64,000 nt of DNA, taken from positions 37,944,001-38,008,000 of the forward strand of contig OZ024740.1 of assembly GCA_964016885.1 (NCBI GenBank). Reading direction: 5' to 3'. Of this stretch, positions 15,719-29,640 are shown in pieces. The position numbers and the translations under genes are program-made. The notes beneath the pieces were generated by a model. It was not told the origin of the DNA, made no database searches, and saw nothing but the letters and a program-made list of their open reading frames with translations. Position 1 is the first letter of the stretch; every line of letters begins with the position of its first letter. Source of the DNA: Eledone cirrhosa (taxonomy: Eukaryota).

Positions 15719-15842
15719 TCGACTGTTAAGGAGTTTACTGATTCGGGTTACATGGCAAACAAAACTTTTAATCTTTGGGTTTTGTTTCACATCTTGATGC
15801 TCTTCCTCAACACTAGGTCCACCTGTGAAAGCCCATTTATAG
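15719..15842 (-). CDS. DOP1: Dopey/DOP1 exon (last one seen in window): (L)YKWAFTGGPSVEEEHQDVKQNPKIKSFVCHVTRISKLLNSR
   Basis: ctctttttcag acceptor, gtaagt donor, phase 2->0; resembles DOP1A YRWAF...FKPYVVRLAKLL as recalled. Confidence 0.9.
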
Positions 15843-15848
15843 CTGAAA

Positions 15849-15934
15849 AAGAGATATCAATAATTGTTTCTACTTTAGGCACAAGGCCAGCAATTACCCA
15901 GTGCATTACTGGTACTTTAAGAGATATCAATAAT
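15849..15934 (-). mobile_element. 5'-truncated SINE 3' fragment with 16-bp TSD
   Basis: AAGAGATATCAATAAT direct repeat at 15849-15864 and 15919-15934 around tttctactttaggcacaaggccagc..., the same tail as SINEs at 26.5, 29.7 and 61.1 kb. Confidence 0.85.
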
Positions 15935-16022
15935 GACTGATCAGCTGATATATATCACAATGTAGCAAAGAGGGATCAATACTTACTGATCAGCTGACAT
16001 ACATCACAAGTATCAGTTAGTC

Positions 16023-16510
16023 TATATAATTATCTAGTGTAATAAGCAATCTATACAATGATTGCTTAGCTTATATAATTATCTAGTGTAATAAGCAATC
16101 TATACAATGATTGCTTAGCTTATATAATTATTTAGTGTAATAAGCAATCTATACAATGATTGCTTAGCTTATATAATTATCTAGTGTAATAAGCAATCTA
16201 TACAATGATTGCTTAGCTTATATAATTATCTAGTGTAATAAGCAATCTATACAATGATTGTTTAGCTTATATAATTATCTAGTGTAATAAGCAATCTATA
16301 CAATGATTGCTTAGCTTATATAATTATCTAGTGTAATAAACAATCTATACAATGATTGCTTAGCTTATATAATTATCTAGTGTAATAAGCAATCTATACA
16401 ATGATTGTTTAGCTTATATAATTATCTAATCTAATAAGCATTTTATACAATGATTGCTTAGTCTGCATAATTATCTAATGTAATAAGCAATCTATACAAT
16501 GATTGTTTAG
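16023..16510. repeat. 49-bp minisatellite (~10 copies) with internal hairpin
   Basis: Unit TATATAATTATCTAGTGTAATAAGCAATCTATACAATGATTGCTTAGCT; TAAGCAATC...GATTGCTTA inverted repeat within the unit. Confidence 0.95.
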
Positions 16511-16561
16511 TCTGTATCTGATTGTATCTTACAGTTGAAATTGTATCTGATTGTAACTTAC

Positions 16562-16726
16562 AGTTGAAATTGCGGAATAACATCAGCCGGTAATATTAAG
16601 GCCATATCAAGCAGTTTACACACACTTAGATAGAGTTGAAGCCAAATTGGATTGTTATGAGCATTCAGACCATTCCCAAGATGGGCCCAGCTTGATTCAA
16701 GAGCAGCTATCCTCTGAAGTTGAGCT
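16562..16726 (-). CDS. DOP1: Dopey/DOP1 exon: (R)AQLQRIAALESSWAHLGNGLNAHNNPIWLQLYLSVCKLLDMALILPADVIPQFQ
   Basis: ttctgttaacag acceptor, gtaagt donor, phase 2->2; WLxLYLSxCKxLDxALxLP...PQFQ is the conserved Dopey C-terminal motif. Confidence 0.95.
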
Positions 16727-17039
16727 CTGTTAACAGAAAATTGGAATTGTATGTACTTTGTAAGAAACATTTTATTAGCTTGATAAAACTTTAATCCAGG
16801 TTCTTCTGAAGTAGAGTAGAATACATTTTATTCAATAACAGTTGTGGATAAATCTCTTCATTTATAAATATTGACCCTTATAAAAGTAATTAGAGAAATC
16901 ACTAATAATGATATTCGCAATAAAATTAATTTGAATTTAAAAAAAAATAGATTTATAGAGGATAGAAATTTTCATTGATGGTAAGCCTAATTTTAACTAT
17001 ACTTCTCTTTTATATTACATATATATTCTTTTATTTTTT

Positions 17040-17362
17040 TGTAGGGTTGTCTTAAGACTGTGGCCATACTGGGATACCTTCTACAAGGGTGTTAATCAAT
17101 TATATTCATACCAACACAGGTTTCTATTTTATCACTCTCTATTTATCAAAGTCCAGCTTGGTGTAAAAACTACATAATTCCCTACCTAAATATTACAAAG
17201 TATTTTTATTTTGACACCCACATATAGGCTTCTGCAGACCAAATTTCATTCACAAAGCATTAGTCAAGGTATAGTAAAAGTCATTTGTTTAATATGACAC
17301 CTAGTGGGATAGAACTCAAAACCATGAGATTGTGTAGTAAAAATATTAACCATAAAGTTATT
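17040..17362 (-). mobile_element. Degenerate tRNA-derived SINE (second family; related copies ~34895-35055 and ~42370-42540)
   Basis: accaaatttca(c/t)tcac...tag(a/t)agacacttgc...aaccat/aaccac blocks shared between copies; boundaries approximate. Confidence 0.55.
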
Positions 17363-17720
17363 CCTAAACAATATATTTAAATATTTTGCATAGCATTGCT
17401 TGACTAAAATATATATATATAAACTACCTTTGTTTCATACAATAAAATAATAACAAGTTTGCTTTAAAGTAGCTTTAACAAAAGAGAGAATATGTAAAGT
17501 GATAACAAAGAAGTGTTAGTGTGACGGATATAGGAATATACAGATCAATGAAGTGATTTTAAAAAAGAAATACATGATAAAATAAAAAAACAAAAAAAAA
17601 CAATGAATATAATTTATAAGTGTTCATATAAACATCATTTGTAAGATAAAGGTGTTAATTGGAAATTTTGCAAAGTTACTTTTCTGCCAAAGATCTAAGT
17701 GAAACACAGTCTTTCACATA

Positions 17721-18675
17721 ATTTAGATGACTAACTAAAGTATATCAATGATTTAGATGACTAACTAAAGTATATCAAATGATTTAGATGACTAATTAAA
17801 ACGTATCAATGATTTAGATGACTAACTAAAATATATCAAATGATTTAGATGACTAACTAAAGTATATCAAATGATTTAGATGACTAAAGTATATCAAATG
17901 ATTGTGATGACTAATTAAAATATATCAATGATTTAGATGACTAACTAAAGTATATCAAATGATTTAGATGACTAACTAAAGAATATCAAATGATTTAGAT
18001 GACTAACTAAAGTATATCAATGATTTAGATGACTAACTAAAGTATATTAATGATTTAGATGACTAACTAAAGTATATCAAATTATTTAGATGTCTAATTA
18101 AAATATATCAATGATTTAGATGACTAACTAAAATATATCAATGATTTAGATGACTAATTAAAATATATCAATGATTTAGATGACTAACTTAAATATATCA
18201 ATGATTTAGATGACTAACTAAAGTATATCAATGATTTAGATGACTAATTAAAGTATATCAATGATTTAGATGACTAACTAAAGTATATCAAATGATTTAG
18301 ATGACTAACTAATGTATATTAATGATTTAGATGACTAACTAAAGTATATCAAATGATTTAGATGACTAACTAATGTATATTAATGATTTAGATGACTAAC
18401 TAAAGTATATCAATGATTAACATGACTAACTAAAGTATATCAATGATTAACATGACTAACTAAAGTATATCAAATTATTTAGATGACTAACTAAAGTATA
18501 TCAATGATTTAGATGACTAACTAAAGTATATCAATGATTTAGATGACTAATTAAAGTATATCAATGATTTAGATGACTAACTAAAGTATATCAAATTATT
18601 TAGATGACTAACTAAAGTATATCAATGATTTAGATGACCAACTAAAGTATATCAATGATTCAAATGATTTAGATA
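17721..18675. repeat. 30/31-bp minisatellite (~31 copies)
   Basis: Unit ATGATTTAGATGACTAACTAAAGTATATCA. Confidence 0.95.
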
Positions 18676-19486
18676 ACAACTACGTTTCGGAATATATGAA
18701 CCTATCCTTTCTATGTGAAATCATACTTGAATCTTATATTTAAAACAATGTTTTAATTCTGAAAGAGAAGTAGTTTAACAATTGCAAAGAATCATTGAAA
18801 TTACAACTTCTAAAAATCAAAATAAAGCAAAGAAATATTTAATGAATTATAAAAAGCAGAAACCTAAAAAGATATTGATGAAATAAAAATAGAAATTAAG
18901 CAGCATTGGATTCCAAGAGACAATATATATAAAGCAGAAAAATGGTCATAGAACAGTCATTAAGAGATTATATGCAGACTTTAGTACATACCCATACACA
19001 GACACACACATGGATACACACACACATTTTTGTACAACTGTAAGTTGTTACTTAAAGTTTCATATTTCCAGTTATTAACTCTAAACATCCTGTACCATAT
19101 GAAACCACATTAGCAAGACATTCTTGAACAGTACAAAACAGAACTAAGACTGCATTAAAAATTAAGGTCTTTATTAATACTAATACTGCAATGTTTCATA
19201 ACAGTAAAGATACTGTAAACATTTGAATCAACAAACTCATTTTTAGATATTTTCTGTTAAATTATTACAAGAGGTTAACAGTTAAACAACATAGAATATA
19301 TATCAACAACAAAGTCTAATCTATGCAAGCATGGAAAATAGACATTAAATGATTATGTTCCCAAATATTTAAAGTGAAAATGTGAAACACATCAAAGACT
19401 TAGTTTCAAATTAAGATTATATATAAACTATAATATCTCTCCTTTGTAAGTTCAAACACACTCACATATATGTATCTATGTATATA

Positions 19487-19620
19487 TATATTTATTAAAA
19501 TAACAGATTAAAGTTTAAGCAAAAAATCGCTGCTTTTACCCTTAACGGGATCTTCTGAAATGTTAAGGGTGAAAGCAGCAATTCTTTGCTTAAACTTTAA
19601 TCTGTTATTTTAATAAATAT
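19487..19620. repeat. ~134-bp palindrome between (TA)n tracts, probable Penelope-like pLTR remnant
   Basis: atatttattaaaataacagattaaagtttaagcaaa...tttgcttaaactttaatctgttattttaataaatat arms around a central cgggatcttctgaaatg; the pLTR assignment is inference. Confidence 0.75.
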
Positions 19621-19707
19621 TTGCTCTATGCTTTTTATATATATTTATGTATATATTATCCTTATCGAGCCCTCTTCGGATTTTAGTCTTCACATTTATT
19701 ATTAATA

Positions 19708-19753
<46 letters not shown>

Positions 19754-20659
19754 TTGGATTTACAAAAGAGCGGCATTATAATTTACATATAATCTACTCC
19801 ACACACACAAATTGCAAATTGGCATAAATAATGAAATGGCGATCAGTCAAGGTTCCATGAATATAAGTATATATTGACTTAAAATTCACATTTCAACAAT
19901 TGGCCGCCAACAGAAAACTATTCATTTCCAATGGTCAGATTGAAGATTAACCAGTAAATCAATTTTTTCTACATTATTTAACTCCTCCATCAGAAATTAC
20001 TTTGGATGGATAGAGCAATCTTAAAGCTTCATTTTGAAATTACTAAAGGTCCAAGCACTCATATTAAATGTTATGTCCCTACTTAAGATTATGTTTTATA
20101 AACAATTATTTAATCTCTCTGCAGAAAGAAAGATAGTTTTGAAGCAAATGAAACTAAAATTATAGTAAACGTATCAATAAATGTTTACATAGTACCACTC
20201 TATGTGTACATTAATACCATTGTTTACAGTACCACTAAATATTTACATTAATACCATTGTTTACATAGTACCATTGTCTACACAGTGCCACTAAATGTAT
20301 AAAATAATATACTAACTTAATAAAAATTATAACAGTAACTAAATAAAAACAGAAGACCATGAAATAATACACTTAAATTGATTATCAAAAGTCAGATTTC
20401 TTTCTTTTTCTTTTCAATTCCTTAGGCATGAATATCAATAAAATGATGAAATATATTTCTATTTCTAGCCAAGTGTAGCTGCTTAAATAATCCTTAGTTA
20501 ATTTTTAAAACATTGTAATGGAGATGTGATGGCTATTGAAAAGACATATATACCATTGTTATCACTTTTGTTTTATTGTATGATAATCCCACGTAGTATA
20601 AAAGTTGAAAGGTTCTGTTGTATATCCTATGACCTCAACCGTGATACAATGTCACTGTA

Positions 20660-20935
20660 TCAAGAGATGTAGATGTATATTGTTAATAGGCCTCTGTCAT
20701 GAAATTAATGTTCAAGTGGTTGAACATTCCACAGACACATATACACTTAACGTAGTTCTCGGGGAGATTCAGTGTAAGATTATGTCACAAAGATGTCCCT
20801 TTGAATTACAAATACAACTCATTTTTTCCAGTTGAGTGGATTGGAGCAACACAAAATAAAGTGCCTTGTTCAAGGACACAATGCCACTCAGAATCAGACT
20901 CATGAGCCAAACATCCTAACTGCTAAGCCACACAA
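20660..20935 (-). mobile_element. Degenerate SINE (family of 29190-29420 and 59320-59585)
   Basis: tggagcaac...aaagtgccttgttcaaggacacaa is the reverse complement of the gttgtgttcttgagcaagacacttt...gttgctcca block. Confidence 0.6.
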
Positions 20936-22074
20936 CAACACTTTTTTACTCTACAATATTATCCCAAGATAAAATATACTGGTATATCATCATTATCATT
21001 TTAATGTCTGCTTTCCCTGCTAACAAGGGTTGGATAGGTTTACACATGGTATATGTGTCTTTTAAACAGCTATCTTGACACTTCATTGATGGAAGTGTTT
21101 AAGTTTCCACACACAGTCTCAGATCAAGTAACTTGATAAACAATCCTAACTCTGAAATGATGTTTAAAACATTTTCTTAAAAAAACAAAAAACAAAAACA
21201 GAGTTTGTGCAGATTTACAAAGTAAAAATGAAACAAGAATGTGACAGCCTAGTAGTCTTTAGGCTCCCATGTTTTAATTTATTCTTATGTTTGCTTTGTA
21301 TATAGAAAGAACTCTATATAAATAGTTGAAACATTTACACTAACTTTGTGATCATCTTTAACTCAACCACAAAACAGTTATACTAACTATGTGAATTATC
21401 TAAACCACAAAACAGTTATACTAACTCTGTGATTATCTAAACCACAAAACAGTTATACTAACTATGTGATTATCTAAACAACAAAAGTTTAAACAATTTA
21501 TATATTAAGTGGTTCCTGAAAGTGTCATTAATCTGCCTAAATGTCACATAGAAGCATCAGTGTGTTTTTATTAAAATTTACACAATATTTTAGCCCCTAT
21601 TTAAATATTTTTATATGAAACAAAAATGTCTAGATATAGCTTTAAAAAAAAAAGGAATATGGCAACATGATGAGTAATAAAAGAGTTAATAATAAAGTTA
21701 ATAATAAAGTTATTACAGAGTTAATTCATACAATGTAACTTCCTACTGATATAGGAGAAAAAAAATAATTATATAAATATACTTCAAAATATTGATGAGG
21801 GTAGATTTCATAGTTCATAATATTGATATATTAAAATATTAGTTCTTCCTACTTAATATATTTAAAGTTTGAAATGAAAAACCTCAGTTTAAGCAGCAAT
21901 AACATTATTGTTAAGAAGGAAACAATCTGTAGATATCTGATATGAATTCCTAAGATTAACAGGAAATTTTTAGTCTGTGACATGATTCTGATATATTTAT
22001 TGTTTACAAAACTAAACAGTTGAGGGAAAAGTATGTAACTAAATAATAGAATAAACCAAATTACCGATGTTAAT

Positions 22075-22115
<41 letters not shown>

Positions 22116-25100
22116 TCAGCGAGAATCGCATTTCGGCTGGTAGAAAAAGCGAAACGAAACGCAAAATCGTAGAAATGCTGGCAAGCGCTCCAATAGTTAA
22201 GAAAACTAGAGCTAAACAATATTTAAAAACGCCATACAAACTGAAAAGTGGTCAAGAAGGCATTAACCACCTAAGCCAAAAACAAATCAAGCTAAACATA
22301 TATATATATATTGTACAGAGGTAAACAAAAAAACAAAAAAAACAAAAAAAAAACAGACAATACTTTCTTGGTGATCGCATTTTTTTAAAGCTGCCATTAA
22401 CATTAATAATATGAATTTAATAATGAATCTAATAAGGAATAATTTAAGAATAGATATTTTTAAGAACAAGTCATATTGCCTGTTACAGAGTCAGTGAATT
22501 AGTTCTATCTGAGGGGTTATCAATATTGAACTTTATATTGTCTCCAAACTATGCTCAACTTATCATTTGGCAAAACAGCAACTTATGTTTCCATCAATTT
22601 ATAAACATGTTTTTCAAGGTAATTAGCAGTATATAAGACCTTAGGAAACCTATTGTATAAAACACTGAAAATGTATGTCCATTTCATAATAGCATGAAAA
22701 AATATATAATTATGCTAAGAAAACATGTGAACATATGATAAATTTATAAATAGGTAGTGCTATTAAACTAAACTAGAAACTAAATGTTATCAGAAGTCAA
22801 TATTTCTAGGAACTAATGACATGAGATTTAAAAAGAATGTATCAAAATACAAAGGTGAAAATTATATTAATATAAATTTTGTAATATACAATGCATATTA
22901 ACTTGATTTCTATTTGGTTATAAGGTTATATTAAAATTTACAGAACTTTAGCATTCAGTTTATTGGGGATATAAATATAAATACTGTATTAAATTAACAT
23001 TTTTTTTTCTGGTGATAAGTGTTAGTTTACATAACAAGGAACTATGTAATGATTAGATTTATTATTAGATAACTACAGAATGGCAAGCAATTCTGTATGA
23101 CAAAATATAGTTAGCAAACAGAACTATCAGTGATGTTAAGCAATCAATACTGGTGAGCTTATTGACTTCAGGCTAGTTCAGTAACTGAATTAAAGATACT
23201 TTTGAGAGATTAAACTGGAAAAAAACAATGATGAACATTCACAGTAACAATAGCAATTATAATAGCATAAAGGGGAAAAAGGTGAGAGGAAGAAAGACAA
23301 TATGGTTTTGAAATTATGCAGAGACATTTTTAGAGGAACATTTGTCACAAAATAAAATAAAACAAGTGTTTGATTAAGCCAAGGGGAGCAACAATTTTTA
23401 ATATTTTACAAATTTGAAGGCTGTTTAGAAATGTAAACAAATGTTTAACCTATGACTGAAATAATAAAATAAAATACTTGCTTAAAATTCCATGTCATAT
23501 TTAAATGTAAGTGGAAGTTAGTCTCAGTGTTTGCACCAATTCAAATTACAAGTTTATAGAAAACAAGAATATTTCATCAATAACTTTTCTGAGAAATCAT
23601 CAAATATTAGAACTGAACACATTATATATAAATAATGCAGAAACACTTCAAGTTAGTTTCACAAGAACAGCAATGAAACGTGATATAAAAGTAAACGTTT
23701 AGTTTATTTTAGTTGTGATACCTTATTTAATGTTGCAATTTCTAGTTTACTCATTTAACTATAATTTAATAGATAATTACATTTTGCAGATAAATATTCA
23801 TAAGAATCTTTTGTTTCTATGATGATACATTTTAAGTTACTAGAAAGAAGAGTTTGGCTTTAGATCATGTAGACTAGATATTAAGCCATTAAAATGAAAA
23901 CTAAATATTTGAAAACTGAAAGTATTTGTGAATAAACACCATCTATTCACCCCAAAATAATGCAACAGTCAACTAACATTATGTTATTTGAGCCTTGGCA
24001 ACTTACTCTTTCTTCATGGTTTAATAAAATAAGAAATAACATATATAAATAACAGCTGTAAAATTGTCAGAAAATCAGTACAAAATGAATGACTCCCACT
24101 TGTAAACTAAAATTAAAACTAATAAGAAAGTTGTCTCTATTCAAACGACTACATCTCTTACAATGGCATTTAAATATTAAATGGGACAATTAAAAATACA
24201 AACAACAAAATTACCCCAAATTTAGTCCTACTGAAGAATGGAGTCTGTCCTAGAGTTAATCAAGAAAACAGTGAAACAGAAACATAGGCTGGAGTAGTCG
24301 ATAAAAAGATGGAGATGTATTTTATTTGAATTGCTTTTGAAAATATCCAAGACAACCAGTACTAATCTAAATACTAAAATGAATTCAATTAAAGATAAAC
24401 AAAGCTATGTTTGAAAGAGGATTGCATTTATATCAAGAAATATCGTATGACTGTTTTCAGCTTAGGGGGTAATATACTAAGTAAATTAGCCATTATATAT
24501 TTTGAATAGAAATATAAAGGAACAAGACAGATTACTTTGAAGTTTTAAATTTCTTACTAAATACAAAATATTGTATAAGAAAAATAAAATGGATGAAGAA
24601 TAAGACAAGGAATAGAGTAGCTAGCTAGAAATGATAAGACAAAGAGTGAGCTAACTATATATATAATATACTTCTATTACTCTAGCAATGGGTTGAATTT
24701 GAAAGAGAAGATTAATAGCCAGCAATAAGAAGAAAAAGAACTCTCTAAGTGTTGAACATATTAAATAAGAGTTAAAGAAAATAATATTATTACCAAGATA
24801 TGATTGGTACTAATGCTATTGAATTGGAGGAATGTAATGTTGGTTCTAGTAGGACACTGAAATATGTAATATGATATTATCAAACATCTAGTCCAGCCCA
24901 CTACAACCTGTGTATTTTCCAATTAATTAGTTTCTTACATAGATGAAGTGGTAGAAATTGGCAGAAGGATTGATCAATGAAATTAACCAGGTACTTGACT
25001 GGTACTTTATTTAAAGATGAAAAGTTTATCTTGGCAGGATTTGAATTCACAAGGTAAAGAGCCATAATTAAATACCACAAGGTGATTTATTTGATGCTCT

Positions 25101-25339
25101 AATGATTCTGCTAATTAGTGAATAGCAAGAATAAAATAAACTTATCTTAATACAGAATGTGTACATTTGAAATGAAAGAATATCAGAATATAGAATCTGT
25201 AGTACACCAAAGACTGTTCTATAAATAGATGCTAATGCCAGTTGTATAAAATGAAAAATTTAAACTACATTCAAATATAAAGAATAGTAATGCTAAAATA
25301 TTATTGAGGTCATATTTTTAACTTTTGCTATATTGGGAA

Positions 25340-25450
25340 TTAACTCTTGTGATATCGAGGATTAACTTTTGTGATATCGAGGTTTAACTTTTGTGATATC
25401 GAGGATTAACTTTTGTGATATTAAGGTTTAACTTGTGATATTGAAGTTTA
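25340..25450. repeat. 22-bp minisatellite (~5 copies)
   Basis: Unit GATTAACTTTTGTGATATCGAG. Confidence 0.85.
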
Positions 25451-26483
25451 CATAATATTACTTTTTATCTTGTTCCTAACTGATTACTAGATAGTAAACT
25501 GTAAGTCATTTCACTCTAGAACTTAACTGGTGTACCCTGACTAAAAAATACTTCTAACTTAAATCTCTACTAGCCGGTTTATATGTCCACTCTAGATATA
25601 ATTTACAGAAAGAAATTCACTTGAATTCATATCTGTAGGTTCCAAGTGCACAAGCTAATTAGCATAATTTTTAGTCAATCACACTAAATAGTCTTTCTTC
25701 CTTCAATCATTTCATCAAAGACAATGAGATATGAGTGGAGGAAAAGGAAGCAATCTTTTGTATGACATCCACATGATATCTTTGTCCTCTGTTCACAGCC
25801 TCTTCAAAATCTAATAATTAATAAATTGCCACTCTGAAACAATGAATTCATTTCATGTATCACTGAGTATTGATTGGACTATTCTAGATAAATCAGCTTG
25901 AGTTGCCTTCCTGCAAATACAATGTTGATACATTCTTTATATATATGTATATATCATCATCATCTTTACATCCACTTTCTATGCTGGCATGGGTTGGACA
26001 GGTTGTCACAGCCCGAGATAAGGAGGGTTGGAACAACTTAATGTTTCTAATTACATTCCATGTATACATATATGGTAACATGGCAGAGTTATTAGAGCAT
26101 AAATGATATTTGTTGCCGATCTTAGTATTCTGAGTTCGAATCTTGGGGTGACCTACTTGGGTGATAGAATTAGTTATCCAGTTTAATATCTCAGGTACTT
26201 TTAACAGAGTCTACCTTGTTGCAGCATTTGGATTGGATGAAGTATCCAGTTTGAGAACACCTGCACCTCCTACAAGTTTGAGAGGCCCTAAAAGCTAGCA
26301 TAAATACTGCTCATCCCTTCCTGACAAAACTAATGTACTGAAACTGTAGTGATTTCCAGAGGTTGGCTGAAGAGATGGGACTGTCTGTTTTTCTGTTATT
26401 TTTTAATTGTCTTTGTCCTAAGAGTCCCCTATTTTGAATATATATTTATAGAATATGTAGCATACTCAAGCACAGAAAATAAT

Positions 26484-26665
26484 TGTTTCTACTATTGGCA
26501 CAAGGCCAGCATTTATCCAGTGCATTACTGGTACTTTATTTTATTGACTCCGTAAGGATGAAAGGCAAAGTTAACCCCGAGATTTGAACTCAGAATGGCA
26601 AGGGCCATAACTCTATGCGTCAAAGCAAGGCGTTCGACCCTCTACCGATACTGCCAATCCCCCGC
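26484..26665 (-). mobile_element. tRNA-derived SINE with Nin-type central domain
   Basis: Reverse complement of 29641-29852; box-B-like GAGTTCAAATC; TSD ACAGAAAATAAT at 26472-26483 and 26666-26677. Confidence 0.85.
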
Positions 26666-26687
26666 ACAGAAAATAATGGCAATTACA

Positions 26688-26822
26688 GTCAGTTGCTATT
26701 TTATAGCTTATAAAAATTGGGTAAACACCCTTAGGGATGGAAAAAGATGTTGCGAGCAGCGGCTACAAGGAGTCGAACTTTGTATCTCTCAGAGTTTATA
26801 AGCTATTTCATAGCAACTGACT
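26688..26822. repeat. Short inverted-repeat (MITE-like) element
   Basis: agtcagttgctattttatagcttataaa ... tttataagctatttcatagcaactgact arms. Confidence 0.6.
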
Positions 26823-26920
26823 AATTACAGTTATTGTCTGCACTTAGCTTCCTACATTTTCTATAATTATATTTACCTCAGCCCTTCACAAGTTCAAATG
26901 TTTGAGTTTCACATACAATG

Positions 26921-26926
<6 letters not shown>

Positions 26927-26974
<48 letters not shown>

Positions 26975-27191
26975 TAAATATATATATATACCTATATATA
27001 CACACACATATATATATATACACACACATATATATATACATATATACACACACGCACATATATATATACACACATATATATACATATATACACACACGCA
27101 CATATATATATACACACATATACATATATACACACACGCACATATATATATACACACATATACATATATACACACACGCACATATATATAT

Positions 27192-27272
<81 letters not shown>

Positions 27273-27476
27273 TATATATATATATATACATATACACCAC
27301 ACACACACATATATACCCACATAAACAGTCCAGAAATAGCCATCGAAACGGCTTGAGCTCTGCCGTCGGGGTCATACTTTTTCCTATTTCCCACTCTACT
27401 ACCCTAAGTATTGAGTACTCTGGTGCATTATGGTCCATCTGGTTCCTTACCACAATTCCTTTGTTATACACACACA

Positions 27477-27512
<36 letters not shown>

Positions 27513-27525
27513 CACACACACATAC

Positions 27526-27572
<47 letters not shown>

Positions 27573-27848
27573 TATATATATATATATACATATATACATA
27601 CACACACACACACACATATGTGTATATGTGTGTGTGTGTGTGGGGGGGGGGGTATACATGACAGAGAAATCTAATTAAAAATTGAGACAGGACTATTGTT
27701 AACAATTCACTCAATGTATTTGTCTGTGTGTCTGTATAATTTAACTTCTAAATGTCAATTATATAAATTAAACATTTTCACTCTTCATAAACTATGTATT
27801 AAGTACTTTCTATCTGACAGTGCCTACTTTTCACCAACATAATGTATG

Positions 27849-27882
<34 letters not shown>

Positions 27883-28013
27883 CGCATATATCTATGCCTG
27901 TATGTGTTAATCCGATGCCATATATATATATATATATATACATACATACACACACACATATATACACACACATATATACATACATATATACACACACACA
28001 TATACATATACAC

Positions 28014-28044
<31 letters not shown>

Positions 28045-28150
28045 TACACACACGCACACATACATACATATATACATATATACACACACATATACAGACA
28101 CACACATATACAGACACACACACATACAGACACACACACATATATATACA
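26927..28150. repeat. Compound (TA)n/(CA)n/(TG)n microsatellite field with short unique islands
   Basis: Direct reading; source of the many Y/I/H/T and C/V/Y/M pseudo-ORFs. Confidence 0.97.
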
Positions 28151-28229
28151 GTCTACCAGTAATTAAGTAATAAATATTCATCTACTTTTCAAATTTAAAA
28201 TAATACACAAACACTTAAAAAATAGATAT

Positions 28230-28880
28230 TTGAAAACAGATATACTGTTAACACATTACTGAAAAACATACTGTTAACACATTACTGGAAAACAGATATA
28301 CTGTTAACAAATTACTGAAAAATATACTGTTAACAAATTACTGAAAAACATACTGTTAACAAATTACTGGAAAACAGATATACTGTTAACACATTACTGG
28401 AAAACAGATATACTGTTAACACATTACTGGAAAACAGATATACTGTTAACACATTACTGGAAAACAGATATACTGTTAACACATTACTGGAAAACAGATA
28501 TACTGTTAGCACATTACTGGAAAACAGATATACTGTTAGCACATTACTGGTAAACAGATTTACTGTTAGCACATTACTGGTAAACAGATTTACTGTTGAC
28601 ACGTTACTGGAAAACAGATATACTGTTAAATACATTACTGGAAAACAGATATACTGTTAGCACGTTACTGGAAAACAGTTATACTGTTGACACGTTACTG
28701 GAAAACAGATATACTGTTAACACATTACTGGAAAACAGATTTACTGTTAAATATATTACTGGAAAACAGATATACTGTTAACATTACTGAAAAACAGATA
28801 TACTGTTAACACATTACTGGAAAACAGATTTACTGTTAAATACATTACTGGAAAACAGATATACTGTTAACACATTACTG
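28230..28880. repeat. 30-bp minisatellite (~21 copies)
   Basis: Unit ACATTACTGGAAAACAGATATACTGTTAAC. Confidence 0.95.
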
Positions 28881-29189
28881 TTTCACTGATTGGAATGCAT
28901 TTTATCTGTTGATTAAAATAGAAATATTCTTTTAAGTTTATTTTTACTATTAGATACTATATATCTCTTCACTCTGAAATAGTGTTCATGTTTGCTACTA
29001 TAAAAGTGAAATTTTGAAAATTATTGAGAATATACTGGTTGTCACTATAAGACTAATTTGAGACAGAAAAAAAAAATGTGTTTACTGATGAGACCATCAC
29101 CATATATATTCTCTCTCTTCACAGATGCAGTACAGCAAATATTTTTTCCCTGGCTATTTTAACTGTACTATGGATTTGCAATCATAATG

Positions 29190-29420
29190 TCATGGATTTG
29201 ATTCCTGGATTAGGTTGTGTGTTGTGTTCTTGAGCAAAACACTTAATTTCATGTTGCTTCAGTATACTTAACTGAAAATGAGTACCAGCAGTAGATGGGG
29301 GTTTAACCCTGTGATGGACTGGTGTCCTGTCCAGGGGTGAGTCTTGTACATTCAGTTGCTTAATGCCACAGAAACTGGGATAAGCCTGATGAACCCCTGG
29401 GCATGAGACAGACTTGGGAG
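29190..29420 (+). mobile_element. Degenerate SINE
   Basis: gttgtgttcttgagcaaaacactt...aaaatgagtacc...aaccctgtgatggactgg...gaaactggga blocks; shared with 59320-59585. Confidence 0.6.
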
Positions 29421-29640
29421 AAAAGAATATTTCTAGTATGTAATTTAAGAAATAAAACTTAAATAAATATTAAGACAGTCACCTGGCAAGGGCTAGATAT
29501 ATGGAATCATCTCTGTCTGTTGCTCTTTCTCTCGCTCAAATTGAAGCATGTAATATAAAATATCATTAACAGTTGATTCATAAAACTATAAATCAGATGA
29601 GTTGAGACTCAATTGAAATAGTATCATTATATAATGAATG

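Noticed and set aside
15701-15940. 79-aa plus-strand ORF
   Set aside because: Antisense shadow of a DOP1 exon plus a SINE fragment
26898-28181. Many long ORFs rich in Y/I/H/T or C/V/M (also 48655-49074 and 50327-51070)
   Set aside because: Translations of dinucleotide microsatellites
29085-29400. CTGATGA at 29085 and 29386 as hammerhead cores
   Set aside because: No stem II followed by GAAA in the right geometry; the second is part of a SINE tail
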